The notes beneath the pieces were generated by a model, which made no database searches, was not told the origin of the DNA, and was given only the letters and a program-made list of their open reading frames with translations. This document shows, one piece after another, positions 39,001 through 47,530 of a stretch of DNA of 64,000 nt; positions within the stretch are counted from its first letter, which is position 1, and each line of letters starts with the position of its first letter. This DNA is from an uncultured bacterium (GTDB lineage: Bacteria > Krumholzibacteriota > Krumholzibacteriia > JACNKJ01): assembly GCA_963695095.1 (NCBI GenBank), contig CAVOFT010000001.1, positions 2,240,001 through 2,304,000 on the forward strand. The letters are read 5' to 3'. Made by a program: the position numbers and the translations under genes.

Positions 39001-39616
39001 TCAGCGATCGCACGGATTTGCCCAGCTCATCGAGAATGTCGGCCAGGCGGGTCAAGTCGCCCTCGGTGGCCGCGAGCTTGGCCAGGCTCTCCTTGCGCCG
39101 CAGCTTGTAGCGCATGACGCCGCTGGCCTCCTCGAAGAGCAGCCGGCGCTTGTCGCCCGACTCGGCGAGGATGTCCTTGACCATGCCCAGCTCGATGATC
39201 GAGTAGACGTGGTTGCCCAGGCCCGTGCCGGCGAGCAGATCGCGGATCTCGTGCAGGCGATAGGGCTGGCGGTTGAGGAAGTACTCGCTGCCGCCCGCGC
39301 GCGTCACGCGCCGCGTGATGCTGATCTCGTCGTACTCGACGGGCAGGCTCTCGCTGGCCCCCGTGAAGCTGAGCGTCACTTCGGCGAAGCCCATGGGGGC
39401 CCGACGCTTGGTGCCGTCGAAGATGACGTTCTCCATCTTCGTGCCGCGCAGGAGCTTCGCGCTCTGCTCGCCGAGCACCCAGCGAATCGCGTCGACGATG
39501 TTCGACTTGCCGCAGCCGTTGGGCCCGAGGACGGCCGTGATCCCCTGCTCGAAGTCCAGCGCGGTCTTGCCCATGAAGGACTTGAAGCCGAGCATTTCCA
39601 GTCTCGATAGGCGCAC
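36023..39616 (-). CDS. smc: Chromosome segregation protein SMC
   Basis: GPNGCGKSN, long coiled coils with hinge, LSSGEK, FDEVDAPLD; smc-ftsY synteny. Confidence 0.97.
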   Translation of the reverse strand: MRLSRLEMLGFKSFMGKTALDFEQGITAVLGPNGCGKSNIVDAIRWVLGEQSAKLLRGTKMENVIFDGTKRRAPMGFAEVTLSFTGASESLPVEYDEISITRRVTRAGGSEYFLNRQPYRLHEIRDLLAGTGLGNHVYSIIELGMVKDILAESGDKRRLLFEEASGVMRYKLRRKESLAKLAATEGDLTRLADILDELGKSVRSLKVQVSRARSYQRVKEELTAAERQLAAAQLHGYWQRQRELRRRQEGVSDASRESEARVASLEAALAAQQLELVAREEEYKRRRDALDEATGAYRSREEELAVLDERARAEERQVAQLEQEARLAAEAIARLEIERRDLEAERSELEALAERLEGELAAAEADLGDLETRFGERRGLLTREKQLQLDFARQRAETGGEVERLRERLAAGQRRQLELEAEAESLAAQSAQREGELGGLRQSEAAAAATLLGLQSRLASLRAEREQNETGRLEVEALLRELDLKAEKAAARHELLVRLRDEGAGFPEGTRRLLERHAGDSALVGALGDMLRVEDRYRLAIECALERELGALVVKGGRGLSWLEQLRDEEGGRALLIELAGVAPAPRPAAAAPAGCRQLIDFVDGPPELHAALARLLARHQLAPDAETARAALAAPGGEELVIVTPEGFVFQRGLVAGGSTGPEESRPLGRGEEIAVLERELAALAPQRERLLAARADHQETQGRLRAALEALDAELPAARARLAERETERARVETRLARSEEEAQAVADERALQGRQALAFAEALAAAESGLAQLGEEQPGEAIDLPALETEVARLERELGGARGRVTERRLEKTAARGRRDNLRLREENLERNLAGQWSRRESSESGAAESRGQVLSLRERAQALREGLGNERRGLEEKRGEAEALLGEITGLREAAGERQAEGRRLREAQRESEQAAHALELEISTLGVKMEDLQTRVREELGAELDPAVDPTADPAGYAPAEGQSLAEAVSALKEKLARLGVVNLLALEEFTEKNGRYEFLLAQQADLVAAREQLLETIRAINTEAKQRFTESFKVIRENFIQIFLTLFDGGEADLAFTVDPDDPLEGDIVVTAKPREKNISTVQLLSSGEKTLTALALLFAVYLSQPSPFCVFDEVDAPLDDANIARFTKLVREFSARTQFVVITHNKRTMEAAGHLYGVTMEESGVSKLVSVALEDVPDDFDAARAAGAAS

Positions 39617-39637
39617 GCTTGTTCTCCGCTGCTAGGG

Positions 39638-40957
39638 CTAGGGTGTCACGATGCGGCAGTAGTCCTCGCCCGCGCGGTCGAGGAGGGAGTCCCGGCAGGC
39701 GGCGGCGCCCGCGAGATCGGCGAAGGGTCCCAGCCAGAGGCGGTACCAGCTCAGCCCCTCGACCAGGGCCGGCGCCAGGCGGACGCCGACGCGCTGCGCG
39801 GCGGGCGCGCGGGCGGCCTGGGCGGCGATCGCACTGTCGCGGAAGGACTCCAGGTGGACATAGAAAGGGCCGGGCGCCGTGAGGAGGCGACTCCAGGCTC
39901 CCGCCGGCTCGAATCGCCGCAGGAGACCGCCCTCCCCCGCGGCGACAGGCCTGGGCACCGCGACAGGGGTCGCGGCGGCCGGAGTCGCCGTGGCGAGCGT
40001 CGCCGTGGCTGTCGGGGCGGCTACCGGCGAGCCGAGCCCGGCCGGGGCAGCCTGGAGAGGCTCCCGGCCCGGCGCTCCCGTTGCCGGCTCCGGCTCGGCG
40101 CTCGCGGACGCCGTGCTGCTGGACTCGCGGTGCTGCGCCGCGTAGGGCAGCTGGGCCGGGGCGGGGAGGGGCGAAAAAGTGTCGCCGGCCCCGCGCTCGA
40201 CGGTGGAGCCCGCCGCCTGCTCGCCATGGTCCCGGGGACCGGTGATGAGGTAGATGCCGAGCAGGAGCAGCATGGCCCCCGCCGGCAGCAGGAGGACGGG
40301 CCACAGGCGCCGCCCGCGCTGCCGCCGCGCGCCCGGGCCCCCACGCGGCGCCCGGAGCGCCGCCGGCTCCTCCAGAGGGGCCGCTGCCGGCGCTTCGGCC
40401 TCGAGCAGCAATCGGAAGTGGCAGGCCTGGCGCAGGGCGGGCAGCAAGCCCTCGGCATTGCCCGCATCGGCGAGCAGCAGGACGCGCTCGGCCTCCCCGA
40501 GCAGACGGCTGAGGGTCAGCGCGGGTTCGTCGGGAGAATCGAGCGGCAGAGCCCAGCGGCCACCCGCCGGAATCCAGAGCCCCGCGCAGTGCGGCCGCTC
40601 CTGAGCGGCGGCCGCTGGACTGAGCCCGTAGTGCAGGATCTCGGTGAACCCCTCGGGGCTGCCCGCAAAGATCTGGTCGAAGAAGGGCGCCCTGGGGTGG
40701 CCGTCCACCACCAGGCAGCTTCGCCCGGCCGAGCGCCACTCGGCCGCCAGCCGCTCGCAGAGCTGCATGGCGGCCGCGGCTCCCCCAGCGTCCAGCTCGA
40801 TCAGGGCAAGGGCAGCGCCGCCCTGGGCCGCGGCATCGATGCTCGCCATCAGTTCGGCCGCGAGGGGCTCCAGTTCGCTGCCGGGCGCCGGCGGCCAGGC
40901 GAGCCTGCGCTCGCCACGTCCACCGCGCCCGCCGCCTTCGCCCCCGATGCCGCTCAA
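39638..40957 (-). CDS. Membrane-anchored SPOR-domain protein with degenerate N-terminal P-loop-like domain
   Basis: CLVVDGHPRAP...GFTEIL; TM LWPVLLLPAGAMLLLLGIYLI; Ala/Pro/Thr linker; FYVHLESF...WYRLWLGPF (SPOR). Confidence 0.7.
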   Translation of the reverse strand: MSGIGGEGGGRGGRGERRLAWPPAPGSELEPLAAELMASIDAAAQGGAALALIELDAGGAAAAMQLCERLAAEWRSAGRSCLVVDGHPRAPFFDQIFAGSPEGFTEILHYGLSPAAAAQERPHCAGLWIPAGGRWALPLDSPDEPALTLSRLLGEAERVLLLADAGNAEGLLPALRQACHFRLLLEAEAPAAAPLEEPAALRAPRGGPGARRQRGRRLWPVLLLPAGAMLLLLGIYLITGPRDHGEQAAGSTVERGAGDTFSPLPAPAQLPYAAQHRESSSTASASAEPEPATGAPGREPLQAAPAGLGSPVAAPTATATLATATPAAATPVAVPRPVAAGEGGLLRRFEPAGAWSRLLTAPGPFYVHLESFRDSAIAAQAARAPAAQRVGVRLAPALVEGLSWYRLWLGPFADLAGAAACRDSLLDRAGEDYCRIVTP

Positions 40958-42384
40958 GACCGCTTGCCCTCCTTTGCTGCGCGTGCCAGGACGCGCTTCA
41001 GCACGCGCAGCGCGTCAGGCAATTCTTCCTGGGAAATCGCGGCCAAGTCGAGGAAAAACTCCTCGTGGCGCAGCGTGCCGAGCAGCGCCGGCCGCGCGCT
41101 GCGCGTCAGGCGCGCCAGGCGGGCAGCCGGCACGCCGGCCACGCGCAGGACCAGGCCCGCGCTGGGCCAGTCGCTCTCGGCGGCGGCGCCGCCGCCGCTG
41201 CGGGCCGCGCTGTCCTGGACCTCCACCTCCAGGCCCGGAATCGGCGGCGAGGCCAGACCCTGCGCCAGTTCGCGGGCCATTGCCTGGATGGCGCTGCGAT
41301 CGCGGCTGAGCATGGCCGTGGTGGGCAGGGGCGAGTCCAGGGCCAGGCGATCGCTCAGCGTCGCCTGCAGGGCGGCGATGTTCAGCTTGTCCAGGCGCAG
41401 GGCGCGGGCCAGGGGATTGGCGCGCAGCTTGCCGAGCATCTCGGCGCTGCCCAGCAGGATGCCGGCCTGGGGGCCGCCGAAGATCTTGTCGGCGCTGAAC
41501 GTGATCAGGTCCGGCCCGGCAGCGATGGCCGCCGCCAGCGGTGGCTCGCCCAGCCACTCGGCGTCCGCATCGAAACGGCCGCTGCCGAGGTCGTAGATCA
41601 CCGGGCAGCCGCGCGCCTTGCCCAGTTCCACCAGCTCGGCCAGCGTGGCCTCCTCGACGTAGCCGCTCACCGTGAAGTTGCTCCGGTGCACCTTGAGCAG
41701 CACATCGCCGCGGCGGCCGATGGCCGCGGCATAGTCCGCGATGCGCGTGCGATTGGTGGTGCCCACCTCGGCCATGCGACCGGCGAAGCGCTCGAGGATC
41801 TCGGGGAGACGGAAGGAGCCGCCGATCTCCACCTGCTCGCCGCGCGAGACGATGAGGCGTCGATCGCGCGCGAGTGAGTCGACGGCCAGCGTGAGGGCGG
41901 CCGCGTTGTTGTTGACGGCATAGGCGGCCTCGGCGCCCGTCAACAGCTGCAGCAGCAGCTCCGCCTTGCGCGTCCGCGAGGCGCGTTCGCCGCTGGCCAG
42001 ATCGAGCTCGAGATCCACCGGCCAGCGCGCGGCCAGGGCGACGTCGCGCTGCGCCGCCGCCGAAAGGGGGGCGCGGCCGAGGTTCGTGTGCAGGAGGACG
42101 CCGGTGCCGTTGATGACACGCTGCGTGCCTTGCTCGCAGAGGGCGCGCCACTCGGCGGCCCAGAGCGGCGGCAGGCGACGGAGGAAGGCCGCCCGCGTGA
42201 GCGGCGCCTGCTTGCCCTCGCGCAGGGCCGCGCGGTAGTCGTCGAGGCGCAGTCCGAGCAAATGGCGAAGACTCTCACGCCGCCAGCGGGCGACCAGGGC
42301 CTTGAAGGCTGGCGCGGTCAGCAGCTGGTCGACGGAGGGGATGGCCTGGAGGGCCCGCTCGAGGTCGCTGGGAGGCTGGGGCAC
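40954..42384 (-). CDS. selA: L-seryl-tRNA(Sec) selenium transferase
   Basis: IPSVDQLL, VINGTGVLLHTNLGRAPL, VNNNAAA, EIGGSFR, EVGTTNRT, KVHRSNF, DLGSG, FSADKIFGGPQAG. Confidence 0.95.
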   Translation of the reverse strand: MPQPPSDLERALQAIPSVDQLLTAPAFKALVARWRRESLRHLLGLRLDDYRAALREGKQAPLTRAAFLRRLPPLWAAEWRALCEQGTQRVINGTGVLLHTNLGRAPLSAAAQRDVALAARWPVDLELDLASGERASRTRKAELLLQLLTGAEAAYAVNNNAAALTLAVDSLARDRRLIVSRGEQVEIGGSFRLPEILERFAGRMAEVGTTNRTRIADYAAAIGRRGDVLLKVHRSNFTVSGYVEEATLAELVELGKARGCPVIYDLGSGRFDADAEWLGEPPLAAAIAAGPDLITFSADKIFGGPQAGILLGSAEMLGKLRANPLARALRLDKLNIAALQATLSDRLALDSPLPTTAMLSRDRSAIQAMARELAQGLASPPIPGLEVEVQDSAARSGGGAAAESDWPSAGLVLRVAGVPAARLARLTRSARPALLGTLRHEEFFLDLAAISQEELPDALRVLKRVLARAAKEGKRS

Positions 42385-42410
42385 GAGGGCTCGCTTTCGC
42401 AGAATTGCCT

Positions 42411-42439
42411 AGGCTAACATGCACCCTAGGGCTCGTCAA
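42411..42439 (-). promoter_or_regulatory. Putative sigma70 promoter for the selA-smc-ftsY operon
   Basis: TTGACG-N17-TAGCCT with a TG extension (TGtTAGCCT). Confidence 0.6.
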
Positions 42440-44183
42440 TGAAGCCCGCAGCGCGCCCGGCACCCGGTGGGAGCCAGCGCGTGCCCGGCGTGAAGGGCTT
42501 GAGCTCACCGTCCTCCAGGGTCATCAGCATCACCTGCTCGGCCAGCGCCTCGCGCCGCGCGCGTTCATCGCCGCGGGCCGCCGTCCGCTCGGCCAAGGCG
42601 TCGCGGATGCCCGCCGGCGTCCGGTCGCTCTCACCGAGGACCTCGAGCAGGAGCGTCATGCCCAGGAAGCCGCGGGCGGCCACCGGGCTCACGCCGCTTT
42701 CGAAGCGCACATCGTAGAGGCGCTGGAAATCGCGGTAGAGCAGGCGGTCCCGCTTGAGCAGGACATCGCTGGGGAAGACCGCGCCCTCCAGGCCCGCCCC
42801 CCCCTGACGGGCCAGCCGCCGCGAGTTCCAGGCATCATTGCCCAGGAGCTGCGCGTCGATGCCGTAGAAGGCGAGCTGCGGCACCAGGAGGACCAGCTGC
42901 TCGACCTCACCCGTCAAGAAGAGCAGCTCGGGCTGGGCGATGCGGAGCTCGTCCAGCACGTCGCCGAAGTCCGTGGCCCCCACTTCGTAGGCCGCCGAGG
43001 CGACGATCTCGCCGCCGAGCGCATCGATGGTCTCCTCGAAGAGGTGAGCCAGCTGTTCGCCGTCGCCCTGCTTGGGATAGAGCACCGCCAGCCGCGCCCC
43101 GAGCAGCTCCGTGATCGCCACCCGCGCCAGGGCCAGCGCCTGGGCGTCGCTGCTGATGAGGTTCTGGAAGATCCATTCACCCACGAGATGGATGTCCTCG
43201 GCCGTGGCCGCCGGCGAGAGCAGCGGCACGCCCCGCGCATTGGCCTCGACGGCGGCGGCCACCGTGGGGTTGCTCAGCACCTCGCCGAGCAGCGCGCTCA
43301 CCTGCGCCTCCTGGATCAGCTGCCGTGCCGCCAGCGCGGCCCGCACGGGCTCGCCCTGCGTATCCGCCTCGATCAGTCTGAAATCCGTGCCGCGCTCGGC
43401 ATTGTAGCGGGACAAGGCCAGGCGAGCGCCCTCCAGGAAAGCCTCGCCATAGACCGCATAGCGCCCGCTCAGGGGCGCGAGCACGCCGACGCGGCCGGGG
43501 ACGCTGGCGGCTGCCGCAGCGGCGGTGGTCGCGGGCGCGCCGGCGGACGGCGCCGCCTGGCGCTCGGCGGCCTCGAGGCGCAGCAGCGCCTGGCGGGCCA
43601 GGCCCTGGCGCTGTGAGCCCGGACGGCGCTCGAGAAAGAGCTGCAGCTCGGCCGCGCTCAGCTCGCTGCCCAGCAGATCCGCGAGCAGGGCCTCGGCGCG
43701 GGGACGCCAGGTCTCCTCCCGCCAGCCGTCGAGGGCGCGGTCCAGGCCGATCGCCGCCTCGAGCTGGCGCCCCGACGCGGACAGGGCCCGCGCCTTGAGG
43801 ACGATGCCCGGCCAGCGCTCGGCGCTCTCGGGATAGTCCGCGAGCAGCCGGCCGAGTTGCTCCAGCGCCAGGGCCCAGCGCGCCTCCTCCATGTAGCTCT
43901 CGGCCAGGCGGCGGGTGAGCGCCGGCGCGGCCTGGAATTGTGGACTGTCCGCGAGCAAGGCCAGGCTCAGCGAGCGCGCGCGCTCCGTCTCGCCGCGCGC
44001 ATAGGCATCGAGGATGGCCGCCTCATCCCGCCGGGCCGCGGCTTCGGCGGCAGGCGAGAGCCCTCTGCTCCCCGCCGGCGCGGGGGGGGCGACAAGGCCG
44101 AGGGTAGAGGCAGCGAGCAGGCAGGCGAGGATCCCCGAGCGGGCCCGCCGGAAGCCGCCGGCTGTGAAGCGGCTAGCGCGCAT
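42426..44183 (-). CDS. TPR plus periplasmic binding protein type 1 (LpoA/LppC-like)
   Basis: ATG 44183; signal peptide; TPR-like helices; VGVLAPLSGRYA...; Leu/Ile/Val-binding-type fold. Confidence 0.75.
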   Translation of the reverse strand: MRASRFTAGGFRRARSGILACLLAASTLGLVAPPAPAGSRGLSPAAEAAARRDEAAILDAYARGETERARSLSLALLADSPQFQAAPALTRRLAESYMEEARWALALEQLGRLLADYPESAERWPGIVLKARALSASGRQLEAAIGLDRALDGWREETWRPRAEALLADLLGSELSAAELQLFLERRPGSQRQGLARQALLRLEAAERQAAPSAGAPATTAAAAAASVPGRVGVLAPLSGRYAVYGEAFLEGARLALSRYNAERGTDFRLIEADTQGEPVRAALAARQLIQEAQVSALLGEVLSNPTVAAAVEANARGVPLLSPAATAEDIHLVGEWIFQNLISSDAQALALARVAITELLGARLAVLYPKQGDGEQLAHLFEETIDALGGEIVASAAYEVGATDFGDVLDELRIAQPELLFLTGEVEQLVLLVPQLAFYGIDAQLLGNDAWNSRRLARQGGAGLEGAVFPSDVLLKRDRLLYRDFQRLYDVRFESGVSPVAARGFLGMTLLLEVLGESDRTPAGIRDALAERTAARGDERARREALAEQVMLMTLEDGELKPFTPGTRWLPPGAGRAAGFIDEP

Positions 44184-44721
44184 CGGCCAGGTCCCCTTCC
44201 TCGGCGCCCAGCTGCTCCCGGTAGCGGGCGGCGCCGTCGGCGTAGTGGCGCGCCGAGGCGCCGTGGGCCGCCAGGGTCTCGGCTTCGGGCAGGCTGCGCT
44301 TGATCTGGGCCGGCACGCCGGCCACCAGGCTGAAGGGCGGGATCTGCATGCCCTCGCGCACGAGAGCGCCGGCGGCGACCAGGCTCCCCCGCCCGACCAG
44401 GGCGCCATTGAGCACGGTGGCGCCCATGCCGATCAGCACCTCGTCCTCCACCGTGCAGCCGTGCAGGATGGCGCCGTGGCCCACGGTCACCCGCTCGCCG
44501 ATGTTCAGGGGAAAGCCGGCATCGACGTGGAGCACACTGCCGTCCTGGATGTTCGTCTCCGCGCCGATCGCGATGCTGTCCACGTCGCCGCGCAGCACGG
44601 CGTTGAACCAGACGCTCGCACGCTCGCCCAGCGCCACGCGGCCGATGACGCGCGCGCCCGGCGCCAGCCAGGCCGTGGCGGCGAGCGCGGGCGAGAGGTC
44701 GTCGAGACGATAGCGACTCAT
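44173..44721 (-). CDS. Gamma carbonic anhydrase family protein
   Basis: VLRGD, NIQDGSVLH, VGHGAILHGC hexapeptide repeats. Confidence 0.93.
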   Translation of the reverse strand: MSRYRLDDLSPALAATAWLAPGARVIGRVALGERASVWFNAVLRGDVDSIAIGAETNIQDGSVLHVDAGFPLNIGERVTVGHGAILHGCTVEDEVLIGMGATVLNGALVGRGSLVAAGALVREGMQIPPFSLVAGVPAQIKRSLPEAETLAAHGASARHYADGAARYREQLGAEEGDLADAR

Positions 44722-44738
44722 CGGCTGTCCCCCTGCGC

Positions 44739-45212
44739 TCAATCGGCGTCGGCGGCGTCGGCGCCGGCCCCCTTGGCCGGCGGCCCCAGCCGCTTCTTCT
44801 GGGCCTCGAAGAGGGCCCGGTCCACATGGATCTCGGCGCCGCAGCGCAGCGCCAGGGCGATGCCGTCGCTGGGCCGGCAGTCGATGGCCAGGTACTCGTC
44901 CCGCTGACTCTGGGCCACGAGCAAGCGCCCGAGAAAGACATTGCCTTCGATGCCCGTCACCTCGGTGCGCAGCAGGCGCGCTTCGAGACCCTGCAGCAAG
45001 CGCTGCATGAGGTCATGGGTGAGCGGCCTGGCGCTCTCGGCGCCGCTCAGGGTGAGCGCGATGGCCGAGGCCTCGCCGGGACCGATCCAGATCGGCAGCA
45101 CTTCCTCGCGCCCTGCCGGCTGGAGGAGCAGGATGGGGATCTTCGAATCCTCATCCAGCGCGAAGCCCTTGACCTCCATGCGCAGCGAGCTGCGCTGCGG
45201 ATCTCCGCTCAT
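44739..45212 (-). CDS. Bifunctional nuclease family protein (DUF151)
   Basis: LPIWIGPGEA, RPLTHDL, DCRPSDGIALA. Confidence 0.92.
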   Translation of the reverse strand: MSGDPQRSSLRMEVKGFALDEDSKIPILLLQPAGREEVLPIWIGPGEASAIALTLSGAESARPLTHDLMQRLLQGLEARLLRTEVTGIEGNVFLGRLLVAQSQRDEYLAIDCRPSDGIALALRCGAEIHVDRALFEAQKKRLGPPAKGAGADAADAD

Positions 45213-45234
45213 GCTCCGGACCTTTCCGGCGGCC

Positions 45235-46434
45235 TCAGTCCCCCTCGAAGGCCGGCTCCTGGCCGCTCAAGGCGCCCAGCATGTAGCGCGCGTCTTCGAC
45301 GAGATCGCTCTGGGGGTAGAGCGTCATGAAGCGCTCGAAGGCCGCCCGCGCCTGGACGGTGTCCGCGAGTTCCTCCGCGTAGACGAAGCCGACCATGAAC
45401 TGGGCCCGATCCGCCTGCGCGAAGTCGGGGAAGCGCGCCACCATCTGCTCATAGTAGCCGATGCGTTCGGCTGGGTCCTTGGTGGTCTGCGCCATCTCGA
45501 AGAGTTCCTCGGGTGTGGCGGCGCTCGTGAAGGGCGCGGCCACCTGCTCGACACCGAAGCGCGAGCGCAGTTCCCGCAGCCGCTCGGCGTAGAAGTCCTC
45601 CTGCACCTTGGGCGCGAGCCGCCGCGAAATCTCCTCGCGCACCTCGCCGAGCGCCTTCGTGCGTGCATCCTCATGCTCGTCGACGCGGACGAGGGCCCAG
45701 CCCTTCTTCTCCACCTCGATGGGCGCGCTCACGGCGCCGACCGCGAGGGCGAAGACCTGCTCGGTGAAGGCCGGGTTGACGCCGAGCGAGCGCACGTAGC
45801 CGTCGCGGGTGAACCAGCCGAGGTCGCCATCCTCGTTGGCCGTGGGCGCATCCTTGCTCTCGGCGCGCGCCAGCGCCGCGAAATCCTCGCCGCCGGCCAG
45901 GCGCTTGGCCAGCGCCTGGGCCTGGGCGCGGTCGGCGGCCAGGATCCAGCGGGCGCGCAGCCGCTCCTGCACGGCGAACTCGCCCTGGTGGGCGTCGTAG
46001 TAGGCGCGGATGGCCGCCGAGTCGGGCTGCGCCGCGTCCTGCACCTTGCTGCGATAGTACTGGCGCATCAGGATCTGCCGCCGGGCGCGCTCCACTTCCT
46101 GCTCGAGCGAGGGATCCCGATCCAGACCCTCCGCCAGGGCGGCCTGGTAGAGCAGCTCCATCTCGACCATGCGGTCGAGGAATTGCTGCTTGCCCTGGGG
46201 CGTCTCCAGCTCGCGGCGCTGGAAGGGCGGGATCTTCTCCAGCTCGGCCTCGAACTCGGCCCGGGTGATGGCCGTCCCCCCCACCTTGACCAGCACTTCC
46301 CCGGACGGCGCGGAGTCGACCGGCCCGGCGTCGATGCCCCGGCCGCCCTCCGGGCGGCAGCCCAAGGCCAGGGCCAGGAGAACCGGGCCCAGTCCCATCA
46401 ACAGCGTCTGCTGCGCGCGCGTGCGTCGCATCAT
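45235..46434 (-). CDS. Parvulin-type peptidyl-prolyl isomerase lipoprotein with C-terminal TPR-like domain
   Basis: Lipobox LALGC; FAALARAESKD...GDLGWF; tail AQFMVGFVYAEEL...YPQS. Confidence 0.85.
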   Translation of the reverse strand: MMRRTRAQQTLLMGLGPVLLALALGCRPEGGRGIDAGPVDSAPSGEVLVKVGGTAITRAEFEAELEKIPPFQRRELETPQGKQQFLDRMVEMELLYQAALAEGLDRDPSLEQEVERARRQILMRQYYRSKVQDAAQPDSAAIRAYYDAHQGEFAVQERLRARWILAADRAQAQALAKRLAGGEDFAALARAESKDAPTANEDGDLGWFTRDGYVRSLGVNPAFTEQVFALAVGAVSAPIEVEKKGWALVRVDEHEDARTKALGEVREEISRRLAPKVQEDFYAERLRELRSRFGVEQVAAPFTSAATPEELFEMAQTTKDPAERIGYYEQMVARFPDFAQADRAQFMVGFVYAEELADTVQARAAFERFMTLYPQSDLVEDARYMLGALSGQEPAFEGD

Positions 46435-46462
46435 CCTCAGCCTCCTTCGTGCTTCCTCGGTT

Positions 46463-47530
46463 TCATAGGTGTCGCCCGCCGGCGCGGGCAGCGACGAGGG
46501 CCACCAGCTCCCGCAGCTCGTCCAGTCGCTCCCGCCGCGCCACCAGCAGGGCGCTGCCGCTGCGCACCACCACCAGGCCCTCGACGCCGAGCAGGGCGGT
46601 CAGCCCCTCCCGGTCGATGACGATGTTGTCCCGCGCGTCCAGGGCGATCAGCTCGCCCTGCGCGCGATTGCCGTCCACGGCGGGCAGCAGCTCGCCCAGC
46701 GCGGCCCAGCTCCCCACATCGCTCCAGCCGATGTCGGCGGCCAGCACCTGCACGCCCGCGGCCCGCTCCATGACCGCCACGTCGAAGGACCGGGCAGGCA
46801 TCTCGGCGTAGGCCGCGCGCAGTGCGCGCGCGAAGCGCGGGCTAGCCGGGTCGACGGCCGGCAGGGCAGCCAGGGGCGCCCAGATCTCGGGGGCCAGCGC
46901 CGCGAAGCTCTCGGCCAGGCGCCGCGCGGGCAGAAAGAAGATGCCGCTGTTCCAGAGATGGCGCCCGGAGTCGGCGTAGCCGCCGGCCCGGGCGGCGTCC
47001 GGCTTCTCGATGAAGGCGACCACCCGCTGGGGTTCGCCGGTCTGTGCCGGCCCCGCCAGCTCGAGATAGCCGTAGCCGGTCTCGGCGCGCGTGGGCCGGA
47101 TGCCCAGGGTGACGAAGACATCCTCCTCGCGCGCGCAGCGCAGGGCGCGGCGGGCGAGGCGGCGCAGGCCGGCGGGATCGGCGACGACGTGATCGCTAGG
47201 AAAGACGGCCAGCAGGGCCCGCGGATCCTCGCGCAGCGCGAGCTGGGCGGCCAAGGCCACCGCGGCCGCGGTATTCCTGCCGGCGGGCTCGCCGAGCACC
47301 CGCGCCGGCGGCAGGGCCGGCAGCTCGCGACGGCAGGCCGCGGCGAGGTCCGCCGCCGTGATCAGCAGGCTGCGCTCGGGACGACCCAGAGGCGCCACGC
47401 GCGTCCAGGTCTCGGCGAGCAGGCTCTGATCGGCGAGCAAGGAGAGGAACTGCTTGGGCCGCCGCCGCCGGCCCAGGGGCCAGAAGCGAACGCCCCGTCC
47501 GCCCGCGAGCACGACGAGCCAGGTGGCCAT
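46463..47530 (-). CDS. manC: Mannose-1-phosphate guanylyltransferase
   Basis: LAGGRGVRFWP...PKQF, EPAGRNTA, PSDH, TGYGY, FIEKP, WNSG, WSDVGSW. Confidence 0.92.
   Translation of the reverse strand: MATWLVVLAGGRGVRFWPLGRRRRPKQFLSLLADQSLLAETWTRVAPLGRPERSLLITAADLAAACRRELPALPPARVLGEPAGRNTAAAVALAAQLALREDPRALLAVFPSDHVVADPAGLRRLARRALRCAREEDVFVTLGIRPTRAETGYGYLELAGPAQTGEPQRVVAFIEKPDAARAGGYADSGRHLWNSGIFFLPARRLAESFAALAPEIWAPLAALPAVDPASPRFARALRAAYAEMPARSFDVAVMERAAGVQVLAADIGWSDVGSWAALGELLPAVDGNRAQGELIALDARDNIVIDREGLTALLGVEGLVVVRSGSALLVARRERLDELRELVALVAARAGGRHL

Noticed and set aside
31915..42384. Selenoprotein or tRNA-Sec near selA
   Set aside because: The TusA-like and thiolase genes use Cys codons; no in-frame UGA extension or second tRNA was seen.
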